Shown here: piece by piece, positions 21,275-33,308 of the stretch
Layout of the letters: every line of letters starts with the position of its first letter
Position numbering within the stretch: position 1 is the stretch's first letter
NCBI GenBank assembly: GCA_049840675.1
Contig: JASGKB010000013.1
Coordinates: 27,288-91,287 of the forward strand
DNA length: 64,000 nt
Source: Pirellulales bacterium
GTDB lineage: Bacteria > Planctomycetota > Planctomycetia > Pirellulales > PNKZ01
Direction of reading: 5' to 3'
Program-made: the position numbers and the translations under genes
The notes under the pieces: generated by a model
Told to the model about the DNA's origin: nothing
Seen by the model: the letters and a program-made list of their open reading frames with translations, nothing else
Databases searched by the model: none

Positions 21275-22078
21275 ATGTTCGCCCGGTTCACGCGCCGTCG
21301 ATTCCTTCGCGCCGCCGGACTTTGCGTGGTGCCGGCAATGTCGGCATCGGTCGGCTTTTTGCGGGCGGGCGAGTCTCGTTCGTGGCGGCTTGTCGACGAG
21401 TTTGCCGCACCGGAGGCCAAGCAAGCCGTAGCGGCCGACGAGAGTCGCATCTTTGTCGTGACGAACGATCGCGTCGCCAAATATGATCGGTCGACGCGCC
21501 AGTTTGTGGCGAGGAGCTTGGTCAGTCCGGCCCGCCACCTCAACAGCGCGTTTGTCTGGGGCGGCAAGGTTTACTTGGCCAACTCGAACTTTCCGGACAA
21601 GCCGGAGAAGAGCCAGATCTATCAGCTCCACATCGGGCCCATGCGTTTGGAAGTCTTCCACGACTTTGGAAACTTCGGCGGCAGCCTCGTGTGGTGTATC
21701 AACGACGATGACTACTGGTGGTGCAACTTCGCCCATTACGGCGACGACAATCAGAAGACGTTTCTCGCACGCTTCGATTTTGATTGGAACGAGACCGGGC
21801 GGTGGACTTATCCGAAGTCGGTCTTTGATCGAATTGGCAAGATGAGCTTTTCCGGCGGCGTGTGGTACAAGGACGAACTCTTGGTGAGCGATCACGACAA
21901 TCGTCGCTTGTATCGCTTCCAAGTGCCCAAACGCGGCGAGGAGCTCCAGTTTCTCGGTGAAGTTGCGGCGCCGCTTACCGGACAAGGCTTCGCTTACGAT
22001 CCGAAAACCGGCGGGTTGATCGGCATCGACCGCGCGCGCAAGAAGGTTCTTTTTATGGAACCCGCCGGCTCGGCATAA
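21275..22078 (+). CDS. Hypothetical exported protein with twin-arginine signal
   Basis: ATG 21275 gives MFARFTRRRFLRAAGLCVVPA (Tat-type RRxFL). Beta-rich sequence. No family recognised. Confidence 0.5.
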   Translation: MFARFTRRRFLRAAGLCVVPAMSASVGFLRAGESRSWRLVDEFAAPEAKQAVAADESRIFVVTNDRVAKYDRSTRQFVARSLVSPARHLNSAFVWGGKVYLANSNFPDKPEKSQIYQLHIGPMRLEVFHDFGNFGGSLVWCINDDDYWWCNFAHYGDDNQKTFLARFDFDWNETGRWTYPKSVFDRIGKMSFSGGVWYKDELLVSDHDNRRLYRFQVPKRGEELQFLGEVAAPLTGQGFAYDPKTGGLIGIDRARKKVLFMEPAGSA

Positions 22079-22115
22079 ACGGTGAACGTTCGCCGAGCGT
22101 TTGCTCGGTCTCCGC

Positions 22116-23198
22116 TTAGAAGCGAATCGCCAAGTCGACGTACAGCCGCGATTCGAGCAGGTCGCGGCGATCGGTGACCGGGACTTCCCAGGTGATGCCG
22201 GTTTCATTCATGCAGCCGAAGCGATAACGCAGGCCGAGCGACGACGTGACGACGTCGTTGCCTTCGACGCCGGTCGAGCCGAGATTGAACAGGTCCATCC
22301 CTTCGAAGTTGACCGGCAGGTTGTTGCCCGCTTCCAGCCAGTGAAACCAATTGACGCCGCCGACGACGTAGAAATTGTCGGTCATTTTCACGTCCCACTG
22401 GTTCGACCAGTAAACCATCGTCGAACGGGTGTTCGAGTCGGCGGGCAAGCGCAGGCCGGAGCCGCTGATCCAGTGCGCCAAGCCGCCGAAGAATTCTTTG
22501 CCGGTCGAATTGAAAAGATGAAACTCGCCGTCGCCGAGGCCTTGGAATACGCGATGCGAGCCGACGTCGAGTTCGAACGTGGCGCCGACGCTGTAGAGAA
22601 ACTGCGATTCAGGCCGGCGGATCAGGTTGTATTTCAAGCCGGCCGCAATGTCGGCGAAGCCATCGGAACCGGCTAAGCCCGGATTGCCGGGATTGAGCCA
22701 GATGTAACCGTCTTTCGTGGCGATGACCGAGAGCCGCTCGGTGAGCGCCACGCGAATCTGTGCGGCGAGAAATTGGGCGTTGCCGCCCTGAAACACCGGA
22801 TTCGAACCGGGGATCCATTGATTGGCGAAGTGGATCCGCAACTCGGTCAATGTCCGCGGGTCTTCAAAGAAGAGCGGATTGCTCACCGGCGTGACGAAAT
22901 CACGGAACGCGTAATCGCTGTGAGCAAAGAGGCCGAGCAGTCGGCCGTTGCTTGCAACGAGGCCCGTGTCGAAGAACTCGGCGCCATCGGTGAGCCGCAC
23001 GTCGTCGTCGCTTTGCGGCTTCGTCAGATCGACGAGCTCATTCGCAGACGGCTCGCTGGATTCGGCTGCGAACGGGCTTCTCTTTAGATCGGCGAACGGC
23101 GAAGCCGCCGATTCGCCGGCCATGGCGAGCGCTGCGCTCTGCAATGAAGCGGCCGTCGCAAACTTCGCCAAGAACGACCAAAGCCGACGGCATGCCAT
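22116..23198 (-). CDS. Outer-membrane beta-barrel protein (MetA-pathway/transporter-like family)
   Basis: ATG 23198 gives signal MACRRLWSFLAKFATAASLQSAALAMA. Alternating aromatic/Gly beta-strand pattern; C-terminal ..RLYVDLAIRF ends in Phe. Confidence 0.5.
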   Translation of the reverse strand: MACRRLWSFLAKFATAASLQSAALAMAGESAASPFADLKRSPFAAESSEPSANELVDLTKPQSDDDVRLTDGAEFFDTGLVASNGRLLGLFAHSDYAFRDFVTPVSNPLFFEDPRTLTELRIHFANQWIPGSNPVFQGGNAQFLAAQIRVALTERLSVIATKDGYIWLNPGNPGLAGSDGFADIAAGLKYNLIRRPESQFLYSVGATFELDVGSHRVFQGLGDGEFHLFNSTGKEFFGGLAHWISGSGLRLPADSNTRSTMVYWSNQWDVKMTDNFYVVGGVNWFHWLEAGNNLPVNFEGMDLFNLGSTGVEGNDVVTSSLGLRYRFGCMNETGITWEVPVTDRRDLLESRLYVDLAIRF

Positions 23199-23511
23199 GA
23201 CCACGTCCCCTTCCGTGAGACCTTCGCGGAAGTCGCGGAGTGCGAGCGCGGCGATCCGTGGCCGCGATTCCTTTCGCATCCGGACATCGACTTCCTGTTT
23301 GCGAAATCGGTTGCGCGGCGGGCTTACTAAAGTGACATTTCACGTACATACGTAAATTGTCGACGGCGTCACATGCACAACTTGCCCGCACGGGCAGCCG
23401 CATGCTACGCGCGAAATAGGCCGCACGATCGTACTCAAAACATGTGCGAGCGGGCTCGATTGTCGTGAACGTCGCGCCGCAAAAACTGCGCGGCCCTCAC
23501 GCGACGCACAA

Positions 23512-24602
23512 TCATTCGTAAGCGCCCGCCGCTGCGGTTAGCCGCTTGCCCGCGCCGCCGCCTTGATCGGCGGCACTACGAACAATCGCGCCGGCTCGTT
23601 CGATTTGCTCGGCCGAAACGTCAAGATGCGTGACGGCCCGAATCTGCTGTTTGCCCAGCGCGCGACTAAGAGACCTCGCTGCTTCAGGGCCGCGGCGAAT
23701 TCCATCGCCGTACCGAGTCGCGGGTCGACGTAAAAGTACACGATATTCGTTTCGATGCGGCCCGGGTCGACGAGCAGACCGTCGACGTCGCGAATCAGAT
23801 CGGCGAAGCGGGCGGCGTTGGCATGGTCGTCCGCCATGCGTTCGATGTGGTTGTCCAGTGCGTAGAGGGCCCCGGACGCGATAATGCCGGCCTGTCGCAT
23901 GCCGCCGCCGAACACTTTGCGAACCCGATTCGCATGGTCGATCTGCTTGCGAGTGCCGCAAATCGCCGAACCGACCGGAGCCCCCAACCCCTTGCTAAAG
24001 CAAACGCTGACGGTGTCGAAGTGTTGGCACCACTGGTCGGCCGGAATGCCCGAGGCGACCACGGCATTAAACAATCGCGCACCGTCGAGATGCGTGGCGA
24101 GCCCGCGCGAGTGAGCCCAGTCGCAAAGTTCGGCAATCCGGTTGATCGGCCAGACGCTGCCGCCGCCGCGGTTGCTCGTGTTTTCGATGCAAAGCAATCG
24201 CGTACGTGCATAGTGGCAATTGTCCGGTCGGACCAAATCTTGCACTTGCTCCAGCGTGAACGTGCCGTAAGTGCCTTTGATTGTCCGTGTCGCACAGCCG
24301 CTGAGTTGGGCGACGCCTCCCTGTTCGTAAGCGTAGATGTGTGCGGAGTCTTCGAGAATCACTTCGTCGCCCGGCACGCAATGCAGTCGCACGCCGATTT
24401 GGTTGGACATCGTGCCGGACGGAACATACAACGCCGCCTCTTTGCCGAGCATCGCGGCGATGCGTTCCTGCAGTCGGTTGATCGAAGGATCTTCCGCCGA
24501 AACGTCGTCACCCACTTCGGCGGCGGCCATCGCGGCGCCCATGCCGGGTGTGGGACGTGTGGCCGTGTCGCTACGCAGATCGATCAAAGCTTCCGGCATC
24601 AC
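23512..24602 (-). CDS. ltaE: Low-specificity L-threonine aldolase; frameshift near 23658-23666
   Basis: ORF 23538..24602: IDLRSDTATRPT, PSGTMSNQ, CFSKGLGAPVGS (PLP Lys). The tail resumes in ORF 23512..23961 as RALGKQQIRAVTHLDVSAEQIERAGAIV. Confidence 0.8.
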
Positions 24603-24701
24603 AACCTCGCGGAAGGTGGGAAAAGCGGCGGGATACGGACCAGTCTACCAGTCAGCGCGGCCCTGGTCGAATCGGGCCTGTTAGAGCAAAATGGAAGGTC
24701 T

Positions 24702-26082
24702 ATGACTACGCAACTCAACATCCGCAGGCTCGATACGTCCCGCGACAGCGGTCTGCGTGCGCTCGAAGAATTGCGAGCCCGGCTAAGCCCTCGAGGCGAT
24801 ATCGTTAGTGAAGCCGGACGGCGTAAGACGATCGAAGTGTTCGGCGAACCGCTGGCCCCGCGACAGGTCGTCGAACGCATCTGCGGCGACGTTCGTGTGC
24901 GCGGCCTTCCGGCGCTGCTGGACTATACGGCGAAGCTCGACAATTCGCAGGTTTCGGCCGAATCGCTCCGCGTGAGCGCCGCCGAGTTGGCCGCGGCTCA
25001 TGCCGCGATCGATTCCAAGTTCCTCGCCGCGGTACGCCGCATTCGTCAGAACATTCTCGACTTTCAAGCGGCGATCTTGCATCGCGACGTTCGGCTCGAA
25101 CGTCCGCACGACGGATATTTGCGGCAGCACTATTTGCCGCTGGCTCGCGTCGGTTGCTGCGTCCCCGGCGGTGCGGCTTCGTATCCTTCGACGGTGTTGA
25201 TGACCGCCGTTCCGGCGCAAGCGGCAGGCGTGCCGGAGATCGCCGTGGTCGCACCGCCCACGAAGTTCGGGGCCGACAGCCCGTACATTCGGGCGCTCTG
25301 CCATGAGTTGGGCATCAAAGAACTGTATCGCATCGGCGGAGCGCAGGGAGTGGCGGCGCTGGCTTACGGTGTTGAGGGGATTCCTCGCGTCGACAAGATC
25401 GTCGGCCCAGGCAACCTGTTCGTGGCGTTGGCCAAGCAGCACGTGTACGGCGACGTCGATATCGACTCGATCGCCGGCCCGAGCGAAGTCGTGGTCGTGG
25501 CCGACGGCACGGCCCGCGCCGACTTTATCGCCTCGGATATGCTCGCCCAGGCCGAACATTCTCCCGGCTCAAGCATCCTTATCACTTGGGATGCGAAAGT
25601 GCTCGACGGTTGCCAGACCGAGCTCGTGCGGCAGATGGCGACTTTGGAGCGGGGCGACTTAGCCCGAGCCGCCGCTGGAGGAGTACGGTCTGATGATCTT
25701 AGTTCGCGACGTCGTCGAAGCGTGTCGCTTGGCTGATTTGATCGCGCCGGAGCACCTGCATCTCGACGTCGAGAATCCCGAACAACTGTTGGAAAAAATT
25801 CCGCATGCCGGAGCGGCGTTCCTCGGGCACTATGCACCGGTGGCGCTGGGCGATTACGCGGCGGGGCCGTCGCACGTGCTTCCGACCGGCGGCACGGCCC
25901 GCTTCGCCAGCGGTCTCTGCGCGAACGATTTTCTCCGTCGTACGAGCGTGATCAGCACGACGAAAGCGGGGCTTGCCGCATTGGCCGACGATGTGCGCAC
26001 GTTGGCGGATGTGGAAGGCCTGACGGCGCACCGAGCGAGCGTGGACGTGCGAATGTGCGAATGGAGGAACGGTAAGCCGTGA
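24702..26082 (+). CDS. hisD: Histidinol dehydrogenase; frameshift near 25668-25674
   Basis: ATG 24702 inside ORF 23823..25736. Motifs: [47 protein letters not shown]. It continues in ORF 25693..26082 as [38 protein letters not shown]. Confidence 0.9.
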
Positions 26083-27133
26083 GTTACTTTAGGTCCGCCG
26101 TTGATGCGATGCAGGGCTATGTGCCCGGCGAGCAGCCGCGCGAAGGTTCGAAAGTCGTTAAGCTCAATACGAACGAGAACCCCTACCCGTGCAGCGCCAA
26201 CGTAGCGCCGCGCGGTGCAGGCGGTGCTTGAGCGAGGCTTGCAACGCTATCCTGATCCTTTGGGCACCGCGTTTCGCTTGCGCGAGCGAAGTGCTCGGCG
26301 TGTCGCCCGATTGGATTTTGTGCGGCAACGGCAGCGACGAAATTCTCACGCTCGCTACGCGGGCCTTCGTCGGCGAAGGAGAACTGCTGCGGCTCCCTTA
26401 TCCCTCGTACATTCTCTACAAGACGCTGGCCGAAATTCAGGGTGCGCGGAGCGAAGAGATTCGCTTCCACGACGATTGGACTCTCGGCGGAGATTTCACG
26501 GCCGACACGGCCGGGCTGAAGCTTGCGTTTCTGCCGAATCCCAATAGCCCGTCTGGTACGGTAATTCCGCCGGAGCAAGTGTTGGAACTCGCGCGGCGGC
26601 TCCCCTGCCCTTTGATCGTCGATGAGGCGTACGTCGACTTCGCGGAAGACAACTGTATTCGGCTCGTGAAAGAGTGCGACAAGATTCTCGTCTCGCGCAC
26701 TCTCAGCAAGTCATATGCATTGGCCGGCCTAAGGTTCGGCTACGTCGTGGCACAGCCGCACATTATCGCCGGGCTGCGGAAGATTAAAGACTCGTACAAT
26801 TGTGATGCACTGAGCTTGGCGGCGGCGACGTCCGCGATCGACGACCAAGCGTGGCTCCGCGACAACGTCGCCAAGATCCGCGCCTCGCGCAAGCTGCTCA
26901 CCGAGCGCGTGCGAGCCATGGGCTTCACGGCCATTGACTCGCAGGCCAACTTTATCTGGTGTACGCATCCGACGAAGCCGCTGAAGCCGATGTACGAGCA
27001 TCTCAAATCCGGCGGCATCTTGGTGCGTTACATGCCGTACGCGGGCTGGGGCGAAGGGTTGCGAATCTCCGTCGGCACCGAGCAGCAACTCGAAGTCTGC
27101 TTGATGCTGCTGGCCGAGGCGCTGAAACGCTAG
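26079..27133 (+). CDS. hisC: Histidinol-phosphate aminotransferase; two frameshifts (about 26208 and 26284)
   Basis: GTG 26079 overlaps the hisD stop (GTGA). [11 protein letters not shown] (frame 0) joins [23 protein letters not shown] (ORF 26215..), then [39 protein letters not shown] (ORF 26189..27133). Confidence 0.85.
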
Positions 27134-27253
27134 ATTTCGGCCCTTTCGCGCCTTAGCTACACGGTCTAACCGTCATAGGCGTACCGTTTGGTCGCCGTTG
27201 CCGCGTGGTAGAATTGCCGTCGGCCAAAACCTGCTTTAGCTCCTTGTGACTTC

Positions 27254-27847
27254 ATGACTCGCCAAGCCCGCATTCAACGTAAGACCGCCGAAACGGAAAT
27301 CGAACTCGAACTCGCGCTCGACGGCTCGGGCAAGGCCGAGATTGCGACCGGCGTCGGCTTCTTCGACCACATGCTCACGCTCCTGGCCAAGCATGCGGCG
27401 ATCGATTTGAAAGTGCGTTGCAACGGCGATCTGCACGTCGACCAGCACCACACGGTGGAAGACGTGGGGATTTGCCTCGGCCAGGCGATTCGTTCCTCGT
27501 TGGGGGATAAGGCAGGCATCCGTCGCTACGGCCATTTCACGCTGCCGATGGAAGAGACGCTCGTCACCACGGCGATCGACTTCAGCGGCCGCTATTTCTT
27601 GGTGTTCAACGCGCCGATCCCCGCGCACAAGATCGGTGAGTTCGACAGCGAACTCGTTGAAGACTTCTGGCAAGCCGTGGCGGCCAACGCGTTGTGCAAC
27701 TTGCACGTCGTGCTGCATCACGGTCGCAACAGTCACCACATCGCCGAAGGCATCTTCAAGTGCGCGGCCCGCGCCATCCGCATGGCCGTGGAGGCGGACG
27801 GTCGGATGACCGGCGTGCCGTCGACCAAAGGGACGTTGAACTCTTAA
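27254..27847 (+). CDS. hisB: Imidazoleglycerol-phosphate dehydratase
   Basis: Intact 197 aa. Motifs: [38 protein letters not shown]. Confidence 0.9.
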   Translation: MTRQARIQRKTAETEIELELALDGSGKAEIATGVGFFDHMLTLLAKHAAIDLKVRCNGDLHVDQHHTVEDVGICLGQAIRSSLGDKAGIRRYGHFTLPMEETLVTTAIDFSGRYFLVFNAPIPAHKIGEFDSELVEDFWQAVAANALCNLHVVLHHGRNSHHIAEGIFKCAARAIRMAVEADGRMTGVPSTKGTLNS

Positions 27848-27875
27848 GCGAGTTCCCTACAGGAGCAACGCTTCG

Positions 27876-29111
27876 TCACTTCTTCGGCAAGAATTTCGCC
27901 AGCAGAATGCCGCCGAAGTAGAGGAACGTCAGCGGCACGGCCATGAAGAAGATGCTGTAGGGATCGGCCGGCGTGAGCACCGCCGAGACGATGAAGATCA
28001 CCAGCACCGCGATGCGCCACTTTTCCAAGAAGTCGCGGACGGTGAACACGCCGATTCGTTCGAGAAATAGCATCACCAGCGGCAGTTGGAAGCTCACGCC
28101 GAACCCGAGCGGCAGGAGCAGCACGAAGCCGAGCCATTCGCTGATTTTGGGGTCGGGATCAATGCCCAACTCCTGATTGAAGCTGAAGAGAAAGTTCAAC
28201 ACCGGTTCGAACACGAAGAGATACGCCGTCGCGGCGCCGACGAAGAACAGACCCAAGCTGAACGGCAAGAACGTATATACGTACTTCCGTTCGTGGATGT
28301 AGAGCCCGGCGGCGACAAACGACCAAATTTGGTAGAAGACCCAAGGGCTGGAAAGCAACACGCCGATCACGATCGCCGCCTTCAACCAAACGGTGAACAC
28401 TTCCGTCGTCCCGGTGGCTTGCAGCTTGAAGCGGCTGTCACTGTCGATCGGGTGCCACAGCAGGATCGGTTCGAGATCGCCGCGCGTGTAGCGAATCGGG
28501 TCTTCCTCTTTCTTCGTTTCGTCGGTCGCTGCGCCGTCTGCCGATTTTTCGTCCGTCGGTTTCTCGACGGTCTTTGCGTCGCCGGGCGATTGATCTTGCG
28601 GCTTGGCTTCGGCCGATTTCGTAGCGTCGGTCGCGACGGCCGTGCCGGTCGGCTGCGGCTTTGGAGCGGCCGTCGTCGGGTTTGTCGAGGTCGCCGAACC
28701 GGTCGATATCGCTCGTTCGATCGCTTTTGCGATCGTCGCCGGGTGCCAGAACTCCAGTTCGTAGATGAGTTCTTTTTCTTCCGTTGAGCCCGGCGTGGCG
28801 ATCGCTTTGATTTCTCTTAGGTTGTACGGCACGTCGCGGCCGGCCGCCGTTTGCGCTTCGGCCCACGCTTTGTATTCTTTCTCCGCCGACGTTTGGTAAT
28901 AGTCTTTCAACGCGATCGTCAGCGGGCGCTCGATCAACTCGACCATCTTATTGCCCAGGAACAACCCGATGATCGTGCCGAGCACCAGTCCGATGAGTGC
29001 GCGCCAGAGGCACACGCGCAGCTCTTCGAGGTGTTCCCCGAAGGTCATTGTGGTTTCGGTAAACAGGTCTTCGTCCGACTTGCCCGAGCGTTTGATAGGA
29101 GTGGTCGACAT
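27876..29111 (-). CDS. tatC: Twin-arginine translocase subunit TatC with an unusually long first loop
   Basis: 411 aa. FGEHLEELRVCLWRALIG at the N-terminus and a 6-TM pattern with the conserved C-terminal half (SEWLGFVLLLPLGFGVSFQLPLVMLFL). About 175 aa lie between TM1 and TM2. Confidence 0.8.
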   Translation of the reverse strand: MSTTPIKRSGKSDEDLFTETTMTFGEHLEELRVCLWRALIGLVLGTIIGLFLGNKMVELIERPLTIALKDYYQTSAEKEYKAWAEAQTAAGRDVPYNLREIKAIATPGSTEEKELIYELEFWHPATIAKAIERAISTGSATSTNPTTAAPKPQPTGTAVATDATKSAEAKPQDQSPGDAKTVEKPTDEKSADGAATDETKKEEDPIRYTRGDLEPILLWHPIDSDSRFKLQATGTTEVFTVWLKAAIVIGVLLSSPWVFYQIWSFVAAGLYIHERKYVYTFLPFSLGLFFVGAATAYLFVFEPVLNFLFSFNQELGIDPDPKISEWLGFVLLLPLGFGVSFQLPLVMLFLERIGVFTVRDFLEKWRIAVLVIFIVSAVLTPADPYSIFFMAVPLTFLYFGGILLAKFLPKK

Positions 29112-29345
29112 AGGGACGGCTCGCTGCGAAAAGGGATTTCCCGCCGGGGAACGTCCGACAAGGACCGAACCTGCGGGGAAAAACGCCGTCGAAACTTCGA
29201 CGAGCGCGCCTAAGCGGCGAAAAGAAAGGTCGGCGGCAACCGGGCTGCTACGAGAGGCTCGACCTCAGCGGCCGAACGTCGAACTTCCCTAAATCCGCGA
29301 CGCGTTCATAATACCAAGCACCTGCGACGACCACAATCATCGACC

Positions 29346-30333
29346 TTGCGACCCGGAAGCCCGAAGTTGAGCAAACCGACCGCTCCGCTGCGATTTCAGC
29401 CTTTGATTAAGCGGGCCCTCTGGGGCGGCCGGCGGCTCGGCACGGCGCTCGGCAAGCCGCTCGGGGCCGAAACGGACTATGCCGAGAGTTGGGAAATCGT
29501 CGACCACGGACGCGACCAGAGCGTCGTCGACGGCGGGCCTTGGAGCGGCCGAACGCTGGGCGAACTCGTCGCCGCTGAGGGGCCGGCGCTCTTGGGACGG
29601 TACGCGCCTCAAGACCGTTTCCCGCTCCTCTTCAAGTTTCTCGATTGCCGCGAGAACTCTCCGTCCAAGTGCATCCCGACGACGCGCGGGCGCGCTGCTT
29701 GAGCCGCCCGACCTCGGCAAGACCGAAGCTTGGGTGATGCTGGCCGTGGAACCGGGGAGTTTGATTTATGCCGGACTCAAACGCGGCTTCGATCGTGCGG
29801 CGCTGGAGCGCGAAGTGAACCGCGGCACGAGCGACTTGTGCCTGCATCGCTTTGAGCCGCAGGTCGGCGATTGTCTCTTCTTGCCGGCCGGAGTCGTGCA
29901 TGCGCCGGGAGGCGGTTTGCTGATCGCGGAAATACAACAAGCCAGCGACACGACATTTCGCTTGTTCGATTGGAATCGCACAGGGCCCGACGGCAAGCCG
30001 CGGCAGTTGCACATCGAGCAAGGTCTGGCGGCCATCGACTACGCCGCCGGTCCGCGCCGGCCGCAAACATCCGAGGCGACCGATGATCCGCACGTCGAAC
30101 GACTTGTGACGTGCGACAAGTTCGTACTCGAGCGCGTAACGCTTGCGGCCGGCGATACCTGGAAGCTCGTGAACGACGATCGCTTTCGTATCGTTGCGGT
30201 CGTCGCCGGTGACGCGACTGCGGCCGGTGAGTCGCTGCCGCTGGGAACGACTTGCTTGGTGCCGGCTTGTTTGAATTCCGTCGACTTCATTGCCACACGG
30301 CCGACGACATTACTGACGGCATATCTTCCCTGA
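29346..30333 (+). CDS. Class I mannose-6-phosphate isomerase-like (cupin) protein; two frameshifts (about 29657 and 29689)
   Basis: LRFQPLIKRALWGGRRL..YAESWEIVDHG..RFPLLFKFLDCRE (ORF 29346..) joins NLSVQVHPDDARA (unlisted frame), then LLEPPDLGKTEAWVML..LPAGVVHAPGGGLLIAEIQQASDTTFRLFDW (ORF 29479..30333). Confidence 0.7.
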
Positions 30334-30528
30334 TTGCTAAATGCGGTGGCGGCAATCGCCGCACGAACGTCATAACCGCTTGGCGTCCGGGACTTTCAAG
30401 CCTGCTTCGGCGGCCGACGATACCACAGGCAGCGGCAGTGCCGGCACCGGGCCAGACTCGGGGTTGGGCCGGGCGAGCCGCCGCGGTATCATCCGCGACC
30501 CTGGGCCACGGAATCGGCCGGAGCACTT

Positions 30529-30789
30529 ATGGTTCGCAAAACACTTCTCGTGGTCGTCTGCGGTGCGGCGGTCGCCGTCACCGGTTGCCGCGGTACCGGC
30601 ATGCCGCAGATCTTCGGCCCCGGCTCGGCCAAGTATCAACAAACGCAAGCTCAGCGTTTCGATCCGTACCCCGAGAACGACATCGGCCCCCGCGTCGAGG
30701 GCTCACGTCCCGACGGCTATACCGCTCCGCCGGCCGAAGCGTATCGCGGCCGCTCGAATCAATGGTCCGCGCCGACTTACGGCAGCTAA
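30529..30789 (+). CDS. Small lipoprotein, unknown function
   Basis: 86-aa ORF with lipobox LLVVVCGAAVAVTGC. Confidence 0.45.
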   Translation: MVRKTLLVVVCGAAVAVTGCRGTGMPQIFGPGSAKYQQTQAQRFDPYPENDIGPRVEGSRPDGYTAPPAEAYRGRSNQWSAPTYGS

Positions 30790-30799
30790 CTCTTCGCAC

Positions 30800-31339
30800 T
30801 CAACGAGATTTCGTCGAGCGATTGATTTTTCGCGGCGGCAGCGGCGTCATTTCCGCCAGCGGAATAATTTCCGCGTCGAGCGGATTGGTTTCTAGCACTG
30901 CGATCGTCGGCTTGCGGTAGGTCCAGCCGCTGGTTTCGCCCGGGTTCACGAACAGCCGTCCGGCGTCGTCGCGCTCGATGTTCGGCTTATGCGTGTGGCC
31001 GCAGACGACGACGTCGGCCCCGTCATAGTCGCCGCGATAGAGTTCGAACTGATGGGTGATCAGAATCTTCGTGCCGTCGGCGGCACGAAACCCCAGCGGT
31101 GGTTCGCCGACCGTGCCGATGATTCGCAGTCCGCCGAGCAGGCCCGGCTTGTTCCCTTCGTTGTCGCCGAAGCAGCCGATGAGTTTGCAGCGCAACTCGC
31201 GGAGCACCGGCACGACGAACGTCGAGACGAAGTCGCCGGCGAACACGACCAACTCGCACTCGCGACGGTTGAACTCCGCGACCGCGGCCCGCGCGTGATC
31301 GAGATGGTCGTGAATGTCGGCGAAGATTCCGATCCGCAT
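30800..31339 (-). CDS. YfcE/MJ0936-type metallophosphoesterase
   Basis: ATG 31339 gives MRIGIFADIHDH. Also GDFVS, GDNEGN, CGHTHKP. Confidence 0.75.
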   Translation of the reverse strand: MRIGIFADIHDHLDHARAAVAEFNRRECELVVFAGDFVSTFVVPVLRELRCKLIGCFGDNEGNKPGLLGGLRIIGTVGEPPLGFRAADGTKILITHQFELYRGDYDGADVVVCGHTHKPNIERDDAGRLFVNPGETSGWTYRKPTIAVLETNPLDAEIIPLAEMTPLPPRKINRSTKSR

Positions 31340-31344
31340 GGTGC

Positions 31345-33110
31345 TCAGTATCCCGCCGCCTGTCCGTCTTTTCGGCTTTCGCTTGCCCCCAGCAGCGTGT
31401 CGTGCCGGCGGTCGATCCAAATGCCTTGATACCCGCCGTAGCCGCCCCGATCGCGGACCACGTTGTGACCGAGCTTGCGCAGTTGCTTGACGGTGACGTC
31501 GTGAATGCCGCTTTCGACGTACACGGTGCCGCCGTCGGCGGCGGCCGGCTCGCCGGTCGGCGTCGCACTACCGCTATGTCGCACGCGCGCCGCATCGCCG
31601 GCCGCTTGCGGATTCATACCGAAGTCGAGAATGTTCACGAGCACCTGCACATGCCCTTGCGGCTGCATGTCGCCTCCCATCACGCCGAAGCAAAACACCG
31701 GTTCGCCGTCCTTCGTGACCATCGCGGGAATGATCGTGTGAAACGGGCGCTTGTGCGGAGCCAAGGCGTTAGGATGTTTCGGATCGAGCGAGAACAACGC
31801 ACCGCGATTTTGTAGCGCAAAGCCGAGTTTGCCCGCGACGTGTTGTGAGCCGAAGCCGTAATAGATGCTTTGGATGAGCGAACAGCAGTTGCGATCTTTG
31901 TCGACGACCGTGAGATAGATCGTGTCGCCGTGAACGAGCTTCTCATCGCCGTGAGGAACGTCGGTGAGCGCCTTGTCCGTGCGAATGAGCTTGGCCCGCT
32001 CGGCGGCGTACGACTTGGAAATGAGTTGGGAAGTCGGTACGTCGGCCATCGCCGGATCAGCGTAGTAGCGAGCCCGATCGGCGTAGGCGAGCTTTTTTGC
32101 TTCGAGAAACAAGTGCCAATACTCGGGGCTCCCGTGGTCGAACTGCCGCAGGTCGTAACGCTCTAAGACATTGAGCATCTGCAGCGCGGCGATGCCTTGG
32201 CCGTTGGGAGGAAGTTCCCAAACGTCGTAGCCGCGATAGTTCGTGGAGACCGGTTCGATCCAGTCGCTGGTATGTTCGGTGAAGTCGCGAAGCGTGAAGT
32301 GGCCGCCGGTCGACTTCGAATACTCGACGATCTCGCGGGCGATCGAGCCTTCGTAGAACTCGTCGGCGCCGCCGGCCGCCAGCTTGCGGTAGGTCGCAGC
32401 GAGTCGCGGATTGCGGAAGACTTCGCCGACTTGAGGCGCGCGACCGCTGCGTTGCGGATCGGGTTCGGATTTTCGCGCCCGTCGTCGACTAGGAGATAGG
32501 TCTCCGCGGCCTGCGGTGTTTCCCGTAATGAGGCCGTCGACGATTGCCAATCTCGGGCGATGACCGGGCTCACCGGAAAGCCGGCTTCGGCATAGTCGAT
32601 CGCCGGGGCCAAGGTTTCGGCGAGCGACCAAGTGCCGAACTTGGTGCGCAAGTCTTCCCAACCTCGCACGCAACCGGGGACTGACCATGACAAAGGGCCG
32701 GAGTCGGGCAGGTACTGGTGACCGGCGGCGCGGGCCTTTTCCATGGTCAGGTCATACGGGCTGCGGCCCGAGGCGTTGAGACCGTAGAGCTTTTTCGTCT
32801 TGGCGTCCCAATAGATGACGAACAAGTCGCCGCCGATGCCGCAGCTCATCGGTTCGACGACGCCTTGCACGGCGTTGGCGGCAATGGCCGCGTCCACCGC
32901 GTTACCGCCGCGCCGCAAGACGTCGAGCCCCGCCTGCGTCGCCAACGGTTGGCTCGTGGCGACCATGCCGCTTCGGGCGACTACGACGGACCGCCCTTCT
33001 CCGGCAAGCGATTCCGTTCGATCGAAGCCCGGCCGATCGGCGGCGTGAATTTGGGTAACGGACATGAGTGCGACGAAGGAAGCGAAAGTGATGCTCAGTG
33101 AATATCGCAT
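31345..33110 (-). CDS. ggt: Gamma-glutamyltranspeptidase; frameshift between about 32440 and 32490
   Basis: ORF 32163..33110 has signal MRYSLSITFASFVALMSVTQIHA, then MVATSQPLATQAG, GGNAVDAA, GIGGD. ORF 31345..32688 has FRNPRLAATYRKLAAGGADEFYEG, GDTIYLTVVD, PFHTIIPAM (nucleophile Thr), GGDMQPQ. Confidence 0.85.
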
Positions 33111-33308
33111 GACGGCGTCCCCGAATAATCCGTGGAGCGGCCAATATATCGACCGTGCGCAGCGGTCGCGAATCGTGCGGCGACTTTTTCGTTTCGTGTT
33201 TCAGTTTATCGCGGGCGTTGGCATTAAAAGACAGCACGCCGGCTCTTCGCCGAATGCGGCGACGATCAGCAGCCGGTATCTGACGGAACTCTTCGCCGGA
33301 GGCGTCCT

